Origin: Methanobacteriota archaeon
GTDB taxonomy: Archaea; Thermoplasmatota; E2; DHVEG-1
DNA length: 62,432 nucleotides
Direction of reading: 5' to 3'
Assembly: GCA_963769885.1 (NCBI GenBank)
Contig: CAVYNH010000003.1
Span: 1 to 62,432 of the forward strand
Made by a program: the position numbers and the translations under genes. The notes beneath the pieces were generated by a model. That model saw only the letters and a program-made list of their open reading frames with translations. It ran no database searches and was not told where the DNA came from. Shown piece by piece: positions 21,977 through 32,348 of the stretch. Position 1 is the first letter of the stretch, and each line of letters starts with the position of its first letter.

Positions 21977-22892
21977 ATGGAAAAAAAACTCTTAGTTATT
22001 TTATGCACGCTAGTGATGACGACAACCGTTTTTCCAATAATGACCGTCGGTGAACCAACACCAAATAATCCACCGGAAATCCCTATGATGATGGGCCCGA
22101 CGAACGGGAGCGTCGGCATCGCCTATGAATATCTGATAAGCACATGGGATCCCGAATATGATAATGTCTCGGTACTGGGTCGAATGGGGAGATGGAACAC
22201 ACACGGGCTGGATCGGCCCCTATCCATCCGGCGCACATGTTGCGACGAATCATACATGGATGGAGAGAGGGAGTTATGCAATCACCGCGAAGGCAAAGGA
22301 TATCTACGAGGCGGAAAGCAACTTTTCAGCTCCTCTCATCATGAACGTGACCGGCCCCCAAATCAACGTCGTGATACGACCGCGTGGAATCGGCGCCGCT
22401 GCCACAATCCTGAACTGCGGAGAGGAAACAGCGAGGAACGTCTCTTGGACCATTACATTGAATGGAGGAATCATCATCTTCGGAGGCTCCAATGGAGACA
22501 CTATCGACACGGTTCTTCCAGGCGAAAGCATTCGTGTCACCTCGTTCTTCTTCGGCCTCTTCAGAAGCACGATCACTGCCACTGCCGATAACGACTCGGA
22601 TGCCCTCGGAGGCCTCCTCATCGGGCCGTACCTTTTTTCCGTGACGAAAAACAAGACCTTCAACGGGACAGTCAAGAAAATCAAAGGCGAGAAAATTCAG
22701 GTCGTGAACGTGAGTACGTCGTTGGAAGAATTCAGGATCGGTGACGGCTGCAAATTCAAGGCTAAAAACGGAACTGCGATTGACCGCGATAAGATAAAAG
22801 TGGGCGCGAAAGTCAAGGTCACCTGGGTGCGATCACAAGGGACTGCGGGGAATACAGAACGAGTGGCAATTGAAATCCAACTAATGGAATAA
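21977..22892 (+). CDS. Secreted PKD-module protein (apparent +1 frameshift at ~22171)
   Basis: GGGAGG RBS; MEKKLLVIL signal; deleting one G restores DNVSYWVEWGDG and joins the two ORFs. Confidence 0.78.
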
Positions 22893-23178
22893 ACACGAAA
22901 ACGGCGAGGCCCGTTCATCTTAAAGACACCCCGTGACTCGACGGATCCGTCTCCATTTTTCCTCTACGGCGAGAAAGAGAGTCAACCATCGCCTTTCTTG
23001 GATATGTCCGAGAATCAGATGAACCAAGAACACATCACCAAAAGTGTTAAAACAATCCGCTGAATTCGTGGAATGCCTCGGCAAACACCACACAAACTCG
23101 GGCGCGGAACAATGGGGATAGCATCGAAAATTCTCCTCTGGAATCCGTCAAAGATATCGACGAAACGTACGATGAGTC

Positions 23179-24637
23179 TTATTTATCTACGAGAATCTCT
23201 CGATGCATGACGTCCTGATACGACTGTAGATTCTTCTGTATTCCTTTTCCTATCCAACAGTAGAGGCATAATTTTTCTTTAGGGAGCCCAATCGCTTTCA
23301 CCATATCATCGAGGAGCTGATACTGCAATGAGGTTGCGCCAAGGTCCTTTGCAATCCATTCAATCATCTTTTTGTATTTTTCAGAGGACTGATTGACATA
23401 TTCCGATACGTCCTCAATATCTTTTCCTTCAAGAGCTCGAATGGCTCTGCGTGCAGCTAATTCCTGGATACTTCTCGTTGAGAGATTATAGACGCAGGGG
23501 AACATTAGTGGAGGACACGCGGGCCGCACATGGACTTCTTTTGCCCCTGCTTGCATCAGTTTTGCAATCGTGTAATTCTTCAACTGTGTCCCCCGTACGA
23601 TAGAGTCTTCACATAGCACAATTCGATTTCCCCGCGCGATCGCCTCATTCGCGATTAATTTCATCAGCGCGATGCGATCGCGCAGCTCCTGGGTCAGGGG
23701 CGTATAGCTCCGACCGTACCCAGGCGTATATTTCAACAGCACCCTCCGATAGGGGATTCCGGATTCAATCGCGTACCCCACTGCATGGGCGACTCCTGAA
23801 TCAGGGACGCCTGAAACTAAGTCTGCTTTCACCTGATCCCGCTTTGCTAGGAACGCACCGCAACTCTCCCGCACTTTTTCAACATTTATCCCTTCGTAGG
23901 AGGAAGCAGGAAAACCGGTGTACACCCATAGGAATGCACAGATCTTCGTACCATGATGCCCTTTCTTTTTCTCTTCAATGCCTTTCTTGCTGATAAAGAC
24001 GATTTCTCCTGGTGAAATATATTTTTTCACGTTGAATCCGAGATTGGGGAACGCGCAGGTCTCACTGGCGACAGCGACCTCCCCGTCTTTCTGACCAATG
24101 GCTAAGGGGGTTACGCCATTGCGGTCTCTCGCACAATAAATCCCTTTCTTTGATAACAGCAACAGAGAAATCGACCCGATGATCCTATTGAACATCCGTT
24201 CGATGCCATACGGAATGCTATTTCCTTGATTAATCAGATGAGCGACAAGTTCGGTGGTGTTGATATCACCGTGGTCGATTTCACTAAACGATATTCCTTT
24301 CTCGATCGAGCTCCTGGGCTAACGTCTCTGTATTGACAACAAGACCAGCGGTGCATATGGCGAATGCACCGAATTTACTTTCAAACGTTAACGGCTGAGG
24401 GTCTTTATCGGAAATGACCCCTATCCCCAGATGGCTCTTGATTTTGTCAGAACCCTCATAAAACTTCGATTTAAATTGCGAATTTCTAATATCATGGATC
24501 TTCTTTATGGGCTTTCCATTTTTTTCGATAAACGCGATACCACCATACTCTGTTCCCAGATGAGTATGGTAATCTGTGCCATAATAAAGACTAGAGATGC
24601 AGTTGTTATTGCTCACGACGCCGAATAATCCGCTCAT
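23179..24637 (-). CDS. purF: Amidophosphoribosyltransferase, variant without N-terminal Cys (apparent +1 frameshift at ~24304-24308)
   Basis: GVPDSG, EDSIVRGT PRPP motif, CPPLMFPC and CLYC Fe-S ligands; corrected junction reads AQELIEKGISFSE. Confidence 0.88.
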
Positions 24638-24867
24638 CGTTTCTCCCCGCTGCCAAGTCAAAGAAGCGATGAATTCTATTTAAGGATTATTAATTTATCA
24701 ACCCGATGTTGAAGTGTTTTTCCGAAGGGGTCTGATTCGATATTTTTCTCGATCAACTGATTGCTCCTATTTCATAGCCAAAAATGTTCCGCAACTAACA
24801 GCATTTACATCAACCGTTGAATGCCCTGGGATACTCGTTAGGGGGCATCATTTTCTAAGCCACCTGT

Positions 24868-25575
24868 TTATTTTAAAAAAAAATGCAATAATTGTTCCTG
24901 CTGCAGTCTTTTTTTCACCATGGGATAGAGTGTGATCTCTTCCTCTTCCATCATCACATCTCCGAGATTCATCTCTTTGAGTCGTTGCAAAAGATGCTGT
25001 TTTTTCTCCTGATGAGTTGACACCAAGGCGATATTGAAATTCATGCGTCCATCTCTCAGATAATGCAATGCTTTCATTTGGTACTCAAACCCATTATTCG
25101 CGCCGGTAAGAAGAGAGAATTCCTCAATGTCGGCACCCTTCACACAAATCCTCACATGAAGATGCTCAAAACCAGAGAGAGCGTCAACGTACTGTTTATC
25201 GTACCCTAACAGGATGCCGTTCGTCTCCAAAATAAACACATATTTTCTGTTGATCAGTTCCAACAGATCAAGAAGATGCTGTTTCCCGATAGTCGGCTCA
25301 CCACCTGAGATACGCACTTGATGATAACCCTTTTTCTCGGCGATCTCTTGCAAGTTTTTCGCCACTTCTTCCGCTGAGTAAAACTCGCCGGTGCCCGTTG
25401 CATTCCATACGCTGTTCCCGGACCAGCAAAACTTACAACGCAAATTACAACCGACCGTGTCAGCAGTTGCAATACCGCCATAGAACCCCGTCGGTCTGAA
25501 GCGATAGTATTTCTTCAACTCATTGACAACGACAATCTGCTCAACTTTTTTCGATAACTCAATAGGATCATACAT
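24868..25575 (-). CDS. Radical SAM protein
   Basis: CNLRCKFC, ISGGEP, LETNG. Confidence 0.92.
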   Translation of the reverse strand: MYDPIELSKKVEQIVVVNELKKYYRFRPTGFYGGIATADTVGCNLRCKFCWSGNSVWNATGTGEFYSAEEVAKNLQEIAEKKGYHQVRISGGEPTIGKQHLLDLLELINRKYVFILETNGILLGYDKQYVDALSGFEHLHVRICVKGADIEEFSLLTGANNGFEYQMKALHYLRDGRMNFNIALVSTHQEKKQHLLQRLKEMNLGDVMMEEEEITLYPMVKKRLQQEQLLHFFLK

Positions 25576-25780
25576 CCAGCATTCGCCCTTTGTTCCTCGT
25601 GATAAACATGATTATCCCCGTTAGGTATAATGATTTTTCCGTTCTCCTCCCTCCTGTGAATAGCTTGTTCAAAAGAAGAAAACGAATCTTCTCTAAAAAA
25701 GTCAGGATGCCGTGAGTGTGCAACGATGAAATTCAAACAGGTTTTTTTCTGGCAACACACGACAACGGGCCTGTTGAAGT

Positions 25781-26890
25781 TCACCCAGTACTGTACAGCG
25801 AGTCTAACCAATTCGTGATGACCGGAAACACCGTCACACTTGCATTATCGCCTAGGATCAGGTCCATGTGCCCATATCCGGGGATGACCACACACTGCTT
25901 ATTCGGGCTACTCATCCGCTGCACCGTCTCGTTGATATCATACCAGGGGTCACTCGCATCCCACTGTCCGGCAACAGCAAGCACCGGTACCGTGATACGC
26001 GACAGGTTCTCCGTATAATCATACAGCGACTGCGGATCAACCCAATGCCCGTTATAGTACCGTGGATCCCTCCCTCGCATCATATCCACCCAGACCCCTG
26101 CAGGCTCGTCATCACGCCGATAGCTCGTCGCATCACGAACCGCTTTCGATGTCACATTCCCATGATACTGCCCAGGCCGGTCGGCATCAAGCGTCCGAGT
26201 GATATAGCTTCGACGAATATGGAACGAGGCTGATCCGAAAAACGGATGCACGAACGCATATTTCCCAACCCTGAACCCAAACCTGAAATCCAAGCCCCAG
26301 GAATCAGTAAAGTTGTTCGCTTTCCCAGACGAACCCAAGGACACTATTCCCGCAAGATCATCCTGACTAATGAGCTCCGCATACATATACGCAAGATACC
26401 CGCCCATGCTGTGACCCATGAACACGAACCGATCATCCCCAGATTTTTCCTTAATGAACGCAACCGCAGCCACCACATCTTTCTTCAGATACGTCCGATC
26501 CAAGTCCCAGTATCGACTGATAAACTCCCGACTACTCGACAACCCCCGCAAGCGTCCAAAGTAGAAGTCACCGTCCCCGTCATGAGTCCGCAGGTCCAGC
26601 ATCCATACGTCCCAACCCTGCCCGTTCAGGAACCGGCCTATGGAATGGTTCTCGTTCCAATCCAGGAACAGGTAATTGCAGCACATCCCATGGACCAGCA
26701 TTAGGGACGGCCGTTTTTCCCCGGCATAGTGATACAAGGACACCGACGACCTGTCACTGGTCGGGACATGGTACGTTTCCAGTGACGGAGACGACGCCGC
26801 GACGACATGAAAACAGGGGACCATGATGATAAGAACTGCGAAGGCGACCCCGCGTTTGAGGAAACCGGTTGACCGCATAGCGGGTATCAA
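25781..26890 (-). CDS. Secreted alpha/beta hydrolase (lipase-like)
   Basis: LVHG oxyanion motif, GHSMGG nucleophile elbow, GHMDL. Confidence 0.88.
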   Translation of the reverse strand: MIPAMRSTGFLKRGVAFAVLIIMVPCFHVVAASSPSLETYHVPTSDRSSVSLYHYAGEKRPSLMLVHGMCCNYLFLDWNENHSIGRFLNGQGWDVWMLDLRTHDGDGDFYFGRLRGLSSSREFISRYWDLDRTYLKKDVVAAVAFIKEKSGDDRFVFMGHSMGGYLAYMYAELISQDDLAGIVSLGSSGKANNFTDSWGLDFRFGFRVGKYAFVHPFFGSASFHIRRSYITRTLDADRPGQYHGNVTSKAVRDATSYRRDDEPAGVWVDMMRGRDPRYYNGHWVDPQSLYDYTENLSRITVPVLAVAGQWDASDPWYDINETVQRMSSPNKQCVVIPGYGHMDLILGDNASVTVFPVITNWLDSLYSTG

Positions 26891-26982
26891 TATATCTGTT
26901 CGTCCTTATAATTTTTCACACTGTTCTTATATGAAGGGAATATAAAGAAAGGGAGGAAGGGTGCTCCCCGTGCTTGAGGGGG

Positions 26983-27519
26983 TTAGGCTTCGAAGATGAT
27001 CTTGCCGATGCGTTTGCGGGTGTCGTCAAGGATGTCTTCGATTTTTTGGAGTTTGTGGGGGTCGAGGTCCTTGGAGTTGGAGAAGATGAGCCAGGCGAGT
27101 TCTCTGAAGCTTTTCTGGAAGTGGGGCAGGGAGCGCCAGCGGGGTTGTTCTTGTTGGATTTTAATGCGGTCGGTGGTCTCTTGGTTTTCGGTGAGGTAGC
27201 GCTGTCCTTCGGGGGTGAGGCTGTAGACTTTCTTGTTGTCTTGTTCGGCGCTGGTGACGTAGCCTTGGTCTTCGAGCATCTGGAGGGTGGGGTAGACGAT
27301 GCCTTGGCTGATGGGGTGGTCGTAGGCATCTTCGATGGCTTTCATGAGGGCGTAGCCGTGCATGGGGCGGTCCTTGAGCATGAGGAGGATGATGAATTTG
27401 AGGCTGCCGCGTTCGCGTCGTCTGGGCTCGAATATGTTGTGGTACATCATCTCGCGCCAGCGCATGCGTTCCATGCGCGCGAGGTCTCGGTGGGAGTAGG
27501 GTCTGGTGTCGTTGTTCAT
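26983..27519 (-). CDS. PadR-family transcriptional regulator
   Basis: PMHGYALM, SQGIVYPTLQMLEDQG, KKVYSLTPEG. Confidence 0.92.
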   Translation of the reverse strand: MNNDTRPYSHRDLARMERMRWREMMYHNIFEPRRRERGSLKFIILLMLKDRPMHGYALMKAIEDAYDHPISQGIVYPTLQMLEDQGYVTSAEQDNKKVYSLTPEGQRYLTENQETTDRIKIQQEQPRWRSLPHFQKSFRELAWLIFSNSKDLDPHKLQKIEDILDDTRKRIGKIIFEA

Positions 27520-27536
27520 GGTATTATTTCCTTTAT

Positions 27537-27554
27537 ATATGTCTAAAGACATAT
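27537..27554. promoter_or_regulatory. Perfect inverted repeat ATATGTCT-AA-AGACATAT, likely PadR autoregulatory operator
   Basis: 8-2-8 palindrome between the TATA-like box (~27565-27574) and the padR ATG (27519); extra AGACAT half-site at 27559-27564. Confidence 0.7.
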
Positions 27555-27766
27555 CATAAGACATTTATTTAAAGCTTTCTCTCGACACCATGATTTCTTC
27601 GCAAATCAAAAATCAGAGACCCCAAATTCCCCCATCACCTCCTCAGCCCTAGTGATTCAATATTGATATACTCTAAAAATATATAAACAAAAAAAATAAA
27701 ATTAAAAATAGGGAAAATTTTTTATAATGATTGGCACTTAGGATATTATTTCCAGGAGGTTAGGAA

Positions 27767-30700
27767 ATGAGAGGAAATTCTATATTGTTAGGAATATTTA
27801 TTCTGATAATTTTAGTCGGGGCGAATTTTTGTTCTGGTGTAAAAACAGTTCAAGCAGTAGGTATAACCCCGGCTAATATTACAACAACAGCTACGCAAAG
27901 TCTAGGAGGACAACAAGGACATCAAGGTTGCCCCCTGGGGTACGATTATGCTTGGATTGATTTTGTGCCTGGAAGCGATCCACACAATGTAGATGGCGGT
28001 TTCTTTGAAAGTGAAACTTGGTCAGTAAGCAGCCAGGTAACCTCAGGAGATTTTGATGACACCGATCAAATGAATTGGACTGATGATGATGGCATCTATT
28101 CAGCTGTCAGAAACGACCAGGATTTAAATGACGGAACCTCGGCTGATGGGACGTGGTGCAGTTGCGCTAAAGAAACAGGGGGCGCTTGGACTGGAGAATG
28201 GTCAGCTGGATGGGCCAAGGTTGAGAAATCTTTCAATATCAATGATTATGTTAATACCGCTCAATCAAATTTCGAATTCACTAATGTCACCGTTTATTAC
28301 GATTATAAAATACTTAGTGCTGATTTCAACGATGCCGCTAGTTCTGTTTATCTTATTGCCTATTTGAATGATGGAAGTAATGATTGGCCATTGGAGTATA
28401 AATGGTATTCAAGTCCGTCTGAGCCAAATGCAGGGTATAGCCTCGATTTCTGGGAACCGGATTGGAATCACCCCCTACACAACAATAATAATCCGAATTA
28501 CTATCTGAACGATGGATACAGTTATCGGATTACAACTCAAACTCTGGGAGGCGGAAGCCAATATGTTTTACCAATAGCATCGCTCTTTAATCAAAATCAA
28601 GGAACAACGTATACTCTTAAATTCAAGATCTTAGTCGGTTTATATGGAGCCCCCGCTGGAGGATCAGAACGTTATGCTTTTTGGATTGATAATGTACGAA
28701 TGAAAGCCTCATACTTCTTTAATCACCCGCCAACAACTCCCGCCGGAGCCTCACCTGCAAATGAATCTACCGGCGTGAGTATCGATCAAGATCTGCAGTG
28801 GACGGGCGGAGACCCCGATGGAGATTCAGTAACTTATGGTGTTTATTTTGGTACTACGAATCCGCCCCCGTACCAAACCACGGTTTCAACATGCTCCTAC
28901 GATCCTGGGCAATTGAGCTACTCGACAACCTATTATTGGCAAATAAAGGCAATTGATTATTACAATTACTATGTGTACGGCCCTATCTGGCATTTTACGA
29001 CAGGATCACAACCACAGCCTCCAAGCAATCCTGTAAAACCATTCCGTGACGATCAAAACTATACGGTTTATACTGGAGTAAACTGGGAGCTTAAATCACA
29101 TGCAACCGATCCTAATGGAAATACGATTCGCTATGGCTGGGATTGGAACAATGACAACACTGTTGATGACTGGACAGATTACTTCAACTCTGGAGATGAT
29201 GTAGGATGTTCTCATGTTTTTGACCAACCCGGAACATACCTAGTCAAAGTCAAGGCCCAGGATGATACAGGCAGGCAGAGTGGTTGGTCTCCAAATCGAA
29301 CGGTTACTGTAATATTGCCTCCTAACCACATTCCTGTCGCAAATATCGATCAGATAACGCCTACGAAAGCTTTGAAAGGTGAGCGGATAACATTCAATGG
29401 TTCCGGTTCGGATGAAGATGGCACAATAGTGGCATATTACTGGAGATCGAGCATCGACGGATGGCTCAGTAATCAAAGCGACTTCAGTAATGCTGGGCTT
29501 AGTATAGGCGTTCACACGATTTACCTAAAAGTCAAGGATAATAGAGGAGACTGGTCTGTGGAAGATACCGCTACCCTCACTGTAGGATTTTATTTCATTC
29601 ACATTACCGATCCTCATGCCATTTATGAAAGCGATGATCGATGGGTAAATATCATTCAAAACATCTCGAACCGCATGTACAAACCAGAGTTTGTAATATG
29701 CTCAGGGGATTTAGTCGACTGGGGAGAGGGCGCCACTGGGTACGCCAACTATCAGACCTTATTATCAAGTCTTCACTCAACCTTCTGGGATCACTTCCTA
29801 GATCCTGAACATGAGACACCGATTTATTTCTGTCCGGGGAATCACGATTATCGGATGATCTATCAAGGCCCTCCCTACTCCCTGGTAAACTATCAATTAC
29901 TCATAAGCCCAACAACTGAATATTCGACCAACCGAGGAAATTGCGCTATATTCTCTATCAATAGCGGCCATGATTGGCTCACTGATTTGCATTGGGAACT
30001 CCCTGAAGGGAGCGGACTATTTGAGAATGAAAAAGAAGACCTGGAATACCAACTCGACATGCTAGATGGCACGATGAACAATCGGGACAATAGCCATATG
30101 TTCAAGATCGTGTTTATGCATCACCCCCATTACAACCCAAACGGAGATGACGGAACGGGGGACGGCGCGTTCGTCAATTTCAACGATGACTTCAAAACGC
30201 TCTGCAGGGATTATGGTGTAAACATTGTCTTATATGGCCATATCCATCCATCTGCCTCCGTCGAATTTGATTTGAATGGCACGACATGGGATGAGAATAC
30301 AAGCACCGGCACGCACTGTATCGCGACTCCAGCAATTGCCAATAGCTACGCAATGCAAGCAATAAAAATAATGCCCTTACCCACTCTAGGAGATTCGTGG
30401 GATATCTCCGTGGAAAACCCAGAATACATTGAATCTACTTTGAGTGTGGCGTTTGCATGCCAAGTCAATGGTTCTGCCTTTGACTCAAAAAACCATCGAG
30501 ATGGATATAATTGGACAACCGGCGGATATGATGTCGACATACCCGATTCAAGTTTTTCCATGACTAAATGCCAGAACGAAACCCTTGGATTAAATGAAAC
30601 ACTGACCGAAATATCCGTGGACCACGTCAAAGAAAACAGCTATCGGTTCCATTTCAATTCCACCAAAAACGACACCATGAATATGACGCTCCTGGTCCAT

Positions 30701-31420
30701 CTAAGAAATGGAATGTGGTCAAAGGCGACTTATTCCAATATTTCTCTGGTCAATGGATCCTGGGGGACGATCTATGCGAATAACTCCATCGTCAACTATA
30801 CCATTAACATATTTGGGCTAGGGAACACTACGGTTATCGCTCCGACAAGGTATGAAGGAAATCTCCCCCCTGAAAAACCAGAGGTGGCGGGACCGACTCA
30901 TGGCAAAAGGAATGTCGAATATAATTATACTGCTACCCCGGTCGATCCTGACTATAATGACCACATATGGTATCAGTTCGATTGGGGGGACGGCCAAAGT
31001 ACCGCATGGAAAGCCTGCACATCAGGCGTAGAAGTCCGGGAAAAGCATTCATGGTCGACAGGCGACTGGAATGTCAAATTCAAGGTCAAGGATGCAGCGG
31101 GAATCATCGTTGAATCTGAAGGAATGACGGTCACCATGATACTTGATATCCCCTCAGTTATTACACCATATGACGGGTGCTATGGTGTGGCTCTTTCATC
31201 GGCTCTTCAATGGACGGTCTCAGAGCCTTCCTTTATCGCTTACTACGAGATCTATCATGGATTGTCAAGTCAACCAGCCTATCTCACACATCAAACATCA
31301 ACAACATACACTCCCACCTCCTTAATGGGAGGACGCACCTACTATTGGAAGATTGTTGCAGTAGACATCTTCGGGATGGAAACGGAAGGGCCTGTGTGGA
31401 GATACACCACGACGAATTAG
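27767..31420 (+). CDS. Large secreted multidomain protein: unknown N-terminal domain, Fn3-like and PKD modules, metallophosphoesterase domain
   Basis: GGAGG RBS; HITDPH, GDLVD, GNHD, HHP, GHIH; two TYYWxIxAxD...GPxWxxTT modules; AT-richer than flanks. Confidence 0.85.
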   Translation: MRGNSILLGIFILIILVGANFCSGVKTVQAVGITPANITTTATQSLGGQQGHQGCPLGYDYAWIDFVPGSDPHNVDGGFFESETWSVSSQVTSGDFDDTDQMNWTDDDGIYSAVRNDQDLNDGTSADGTWCSCAKETGGAWTGEWSAGWAKVEKSFNINDYVNTAQSNFEFTNVTVYYDYKILSADFNDAASSVYLIAYLNDGSNDWPLEYKWYSSPSEPNAGYSLDFWEPDWNHPLHNNNNPNYYLNDGYSYRITTQTLGGGSQYVLPIASLFNQNQGTTYTLKFKILVGLYGAPAGGSERYAFWIDNVRMKASYFFNHPPTTPAGASPANESTGVSIDQDLQWTGGDPDGDSVTYGVYFGTTNPPPYQTTVSTCSYDPGQLSYSTTYYWQIKAIDYYNYYVYGPIWHFTTGSQPQPPSNPVKPFRDDQNYTVYTGVNWELKSHATDPNGNTIRYGWDWNNDNTVDDWTDYFNSGDDVGCSHVFDQPGTYLVKVKAQDDTGRQSGWSPNRTVTVILPPNHIPVANIDQITPTKALKGERITFNGSGSDEDGTIVAYYWRSSIDGWLSNQSDFSNAGLSIGVHTIYLKVKDNRGDWSVEDTATLTVGFYFIHITDPHAIYESDDRWVNIIQNISNRMYKPEFVICSGDLVDWGEGATGYANYQTLLSSLHSTFWDHFLDPEHETPIYFCPGNHDYRMIYQGPPYSLVNYQLLISPTTEYSTNRGNCAIFSINSGHDWLTDLHWELPEGSGLFENEKEDLEYQLDMLDGTMNNRDNSHMFKIVFMHHPHYNPNGDDGTGDGAFVNFNDDFKTLCRDYGVNIVLYGHIHPSASVEFDLNGTTWDENTSTGTHCIATPAIANSYAMQAIKIMPLPTLGDSWDISVENPEYIESTLSVAFACQVNGSAFDSKNHRDGYNWTTGGYDVDIPDSSFSMTKCQNETLGLNETLTEISVDHVKENSYRFHFNSTKNDTMNMTLLVHLRNGMWSKATYSNISLVNGSWGTIYANNSIVNYTINIFGLGNTTVIAPTRYEGNLPPEKPEVAGPTHGKRNVEYNYTATPVDPDYNDHIWYQFDWGDGQSTAWKACTSGVEVREKHSWSTGDWNVKFKVKDAAGIIVESEGMTVTMILDIPSVITPYDGCYGVALSSALQWTVSEPSFIAYYEIYHGLSSQPAYLTHQTSTTYTPTSLMGGRTYYWKIVAVDIFGMETEGPVWRYTTTN

Positions 31421-31444
31421 AAAAACCGCGGAGCTACCATTCGA

Positions 31445-31837
31445 ATGCTAAATGAATCATGGAGGAAGGGAAAGCAGCGAACTGAAAGGGGATGTGTCAT
31501 GTTCGTTGTTTTTTCACTATTCCTCCTCACCTCTTTAAGCGGCTGTCAGACGCGAACATGCCCAAGTCTCGAGAGCGGCGACCCTATACCAATCGACTGC
31601 CTTAGCCAGCCACAATACAGGAACGCCACGGTCACAATCCATTCAAAATATCTCATCAGAAGCAATCGCACCCTCGCCACGGAACCTTCTATCTATTTCG
31701 GACGTGAATCGCCAACGCTTTTTCTCGATATTACAAACGCACAGAACGGATCAATCCTGGTCGATGGCCAGACCTATTTCTTCACAGGAACATTCTTCGA
31801 CGGGATCCTCAAGGTCATCGAAATCAGACCAGGATAG
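31445..31837 (+). CDS. Hypothetical lipoprotein
   Basis: Hydrophobic stretch ending LSGC. Confidence 0.6.
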   Translation: MLNESWRKGKQRTERGCVMFVVFSLFLLTSLSGCQTRTCPSLESGDPIPIDCLSQPQYRNATVTIHSKYLIRSNRTLATEPSIYFGRESPTLFLDITNAQNGSILVDGQTYFFTGTFFDGILKVIEIRPG

Positions 31838-32100
31838 TCAACAAGAATACTCCTTGCATAAATTGAAAACCCTCGCTGAAAAAAAGAAACTAGAACAAAA
31901 ACAAGAAAAACAATTTTTTCTAAGAAAGTCATTATAAGTCTCGAGGAGGGAACAGATTTCCTACGGGAATCGCTCCAGGCCAAGGCAAGAACCTTTAATA
32001 TACGATGCAACCACAACGATTAAAAAACGAGGGTGAATTAGGTGGCTACACCTAGACTTTGACCTATAACCAATCGCTCGCCGCACAACGAAGCGGCGTC

Positions 32101-32123
32101 GGGCGGGTAACAAAGTAGCTGTG
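32101..32123 (+). repeat. Direct-repeat copy of the 5' end of tRNA-Cys (putative att scar)
   Basis: GGGCGGGTAACAAAG identical to 35629-35643; 20/23 identity to 35629-35651. Confidence 0.8.
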
Positions 32124-32348
32124 AGTTTCTCTCCTTGCAAGGCATATAAAAACATATATTTTTAAAATCAACAATTTCATCGTTTAATCTAATAATTTAT
32201 GATCAGTGAGTTATTCAAATATTACATTATTTTTAATTCATTTTTTAGGTATGTTTATATTCTTAGTAATATCTTCCCATGAAGTAAGTTTAAGTATATG
32301 GAGAATTATCCAAAATCATAAATCCATTGAAAAGGGGACTATAAAAAA

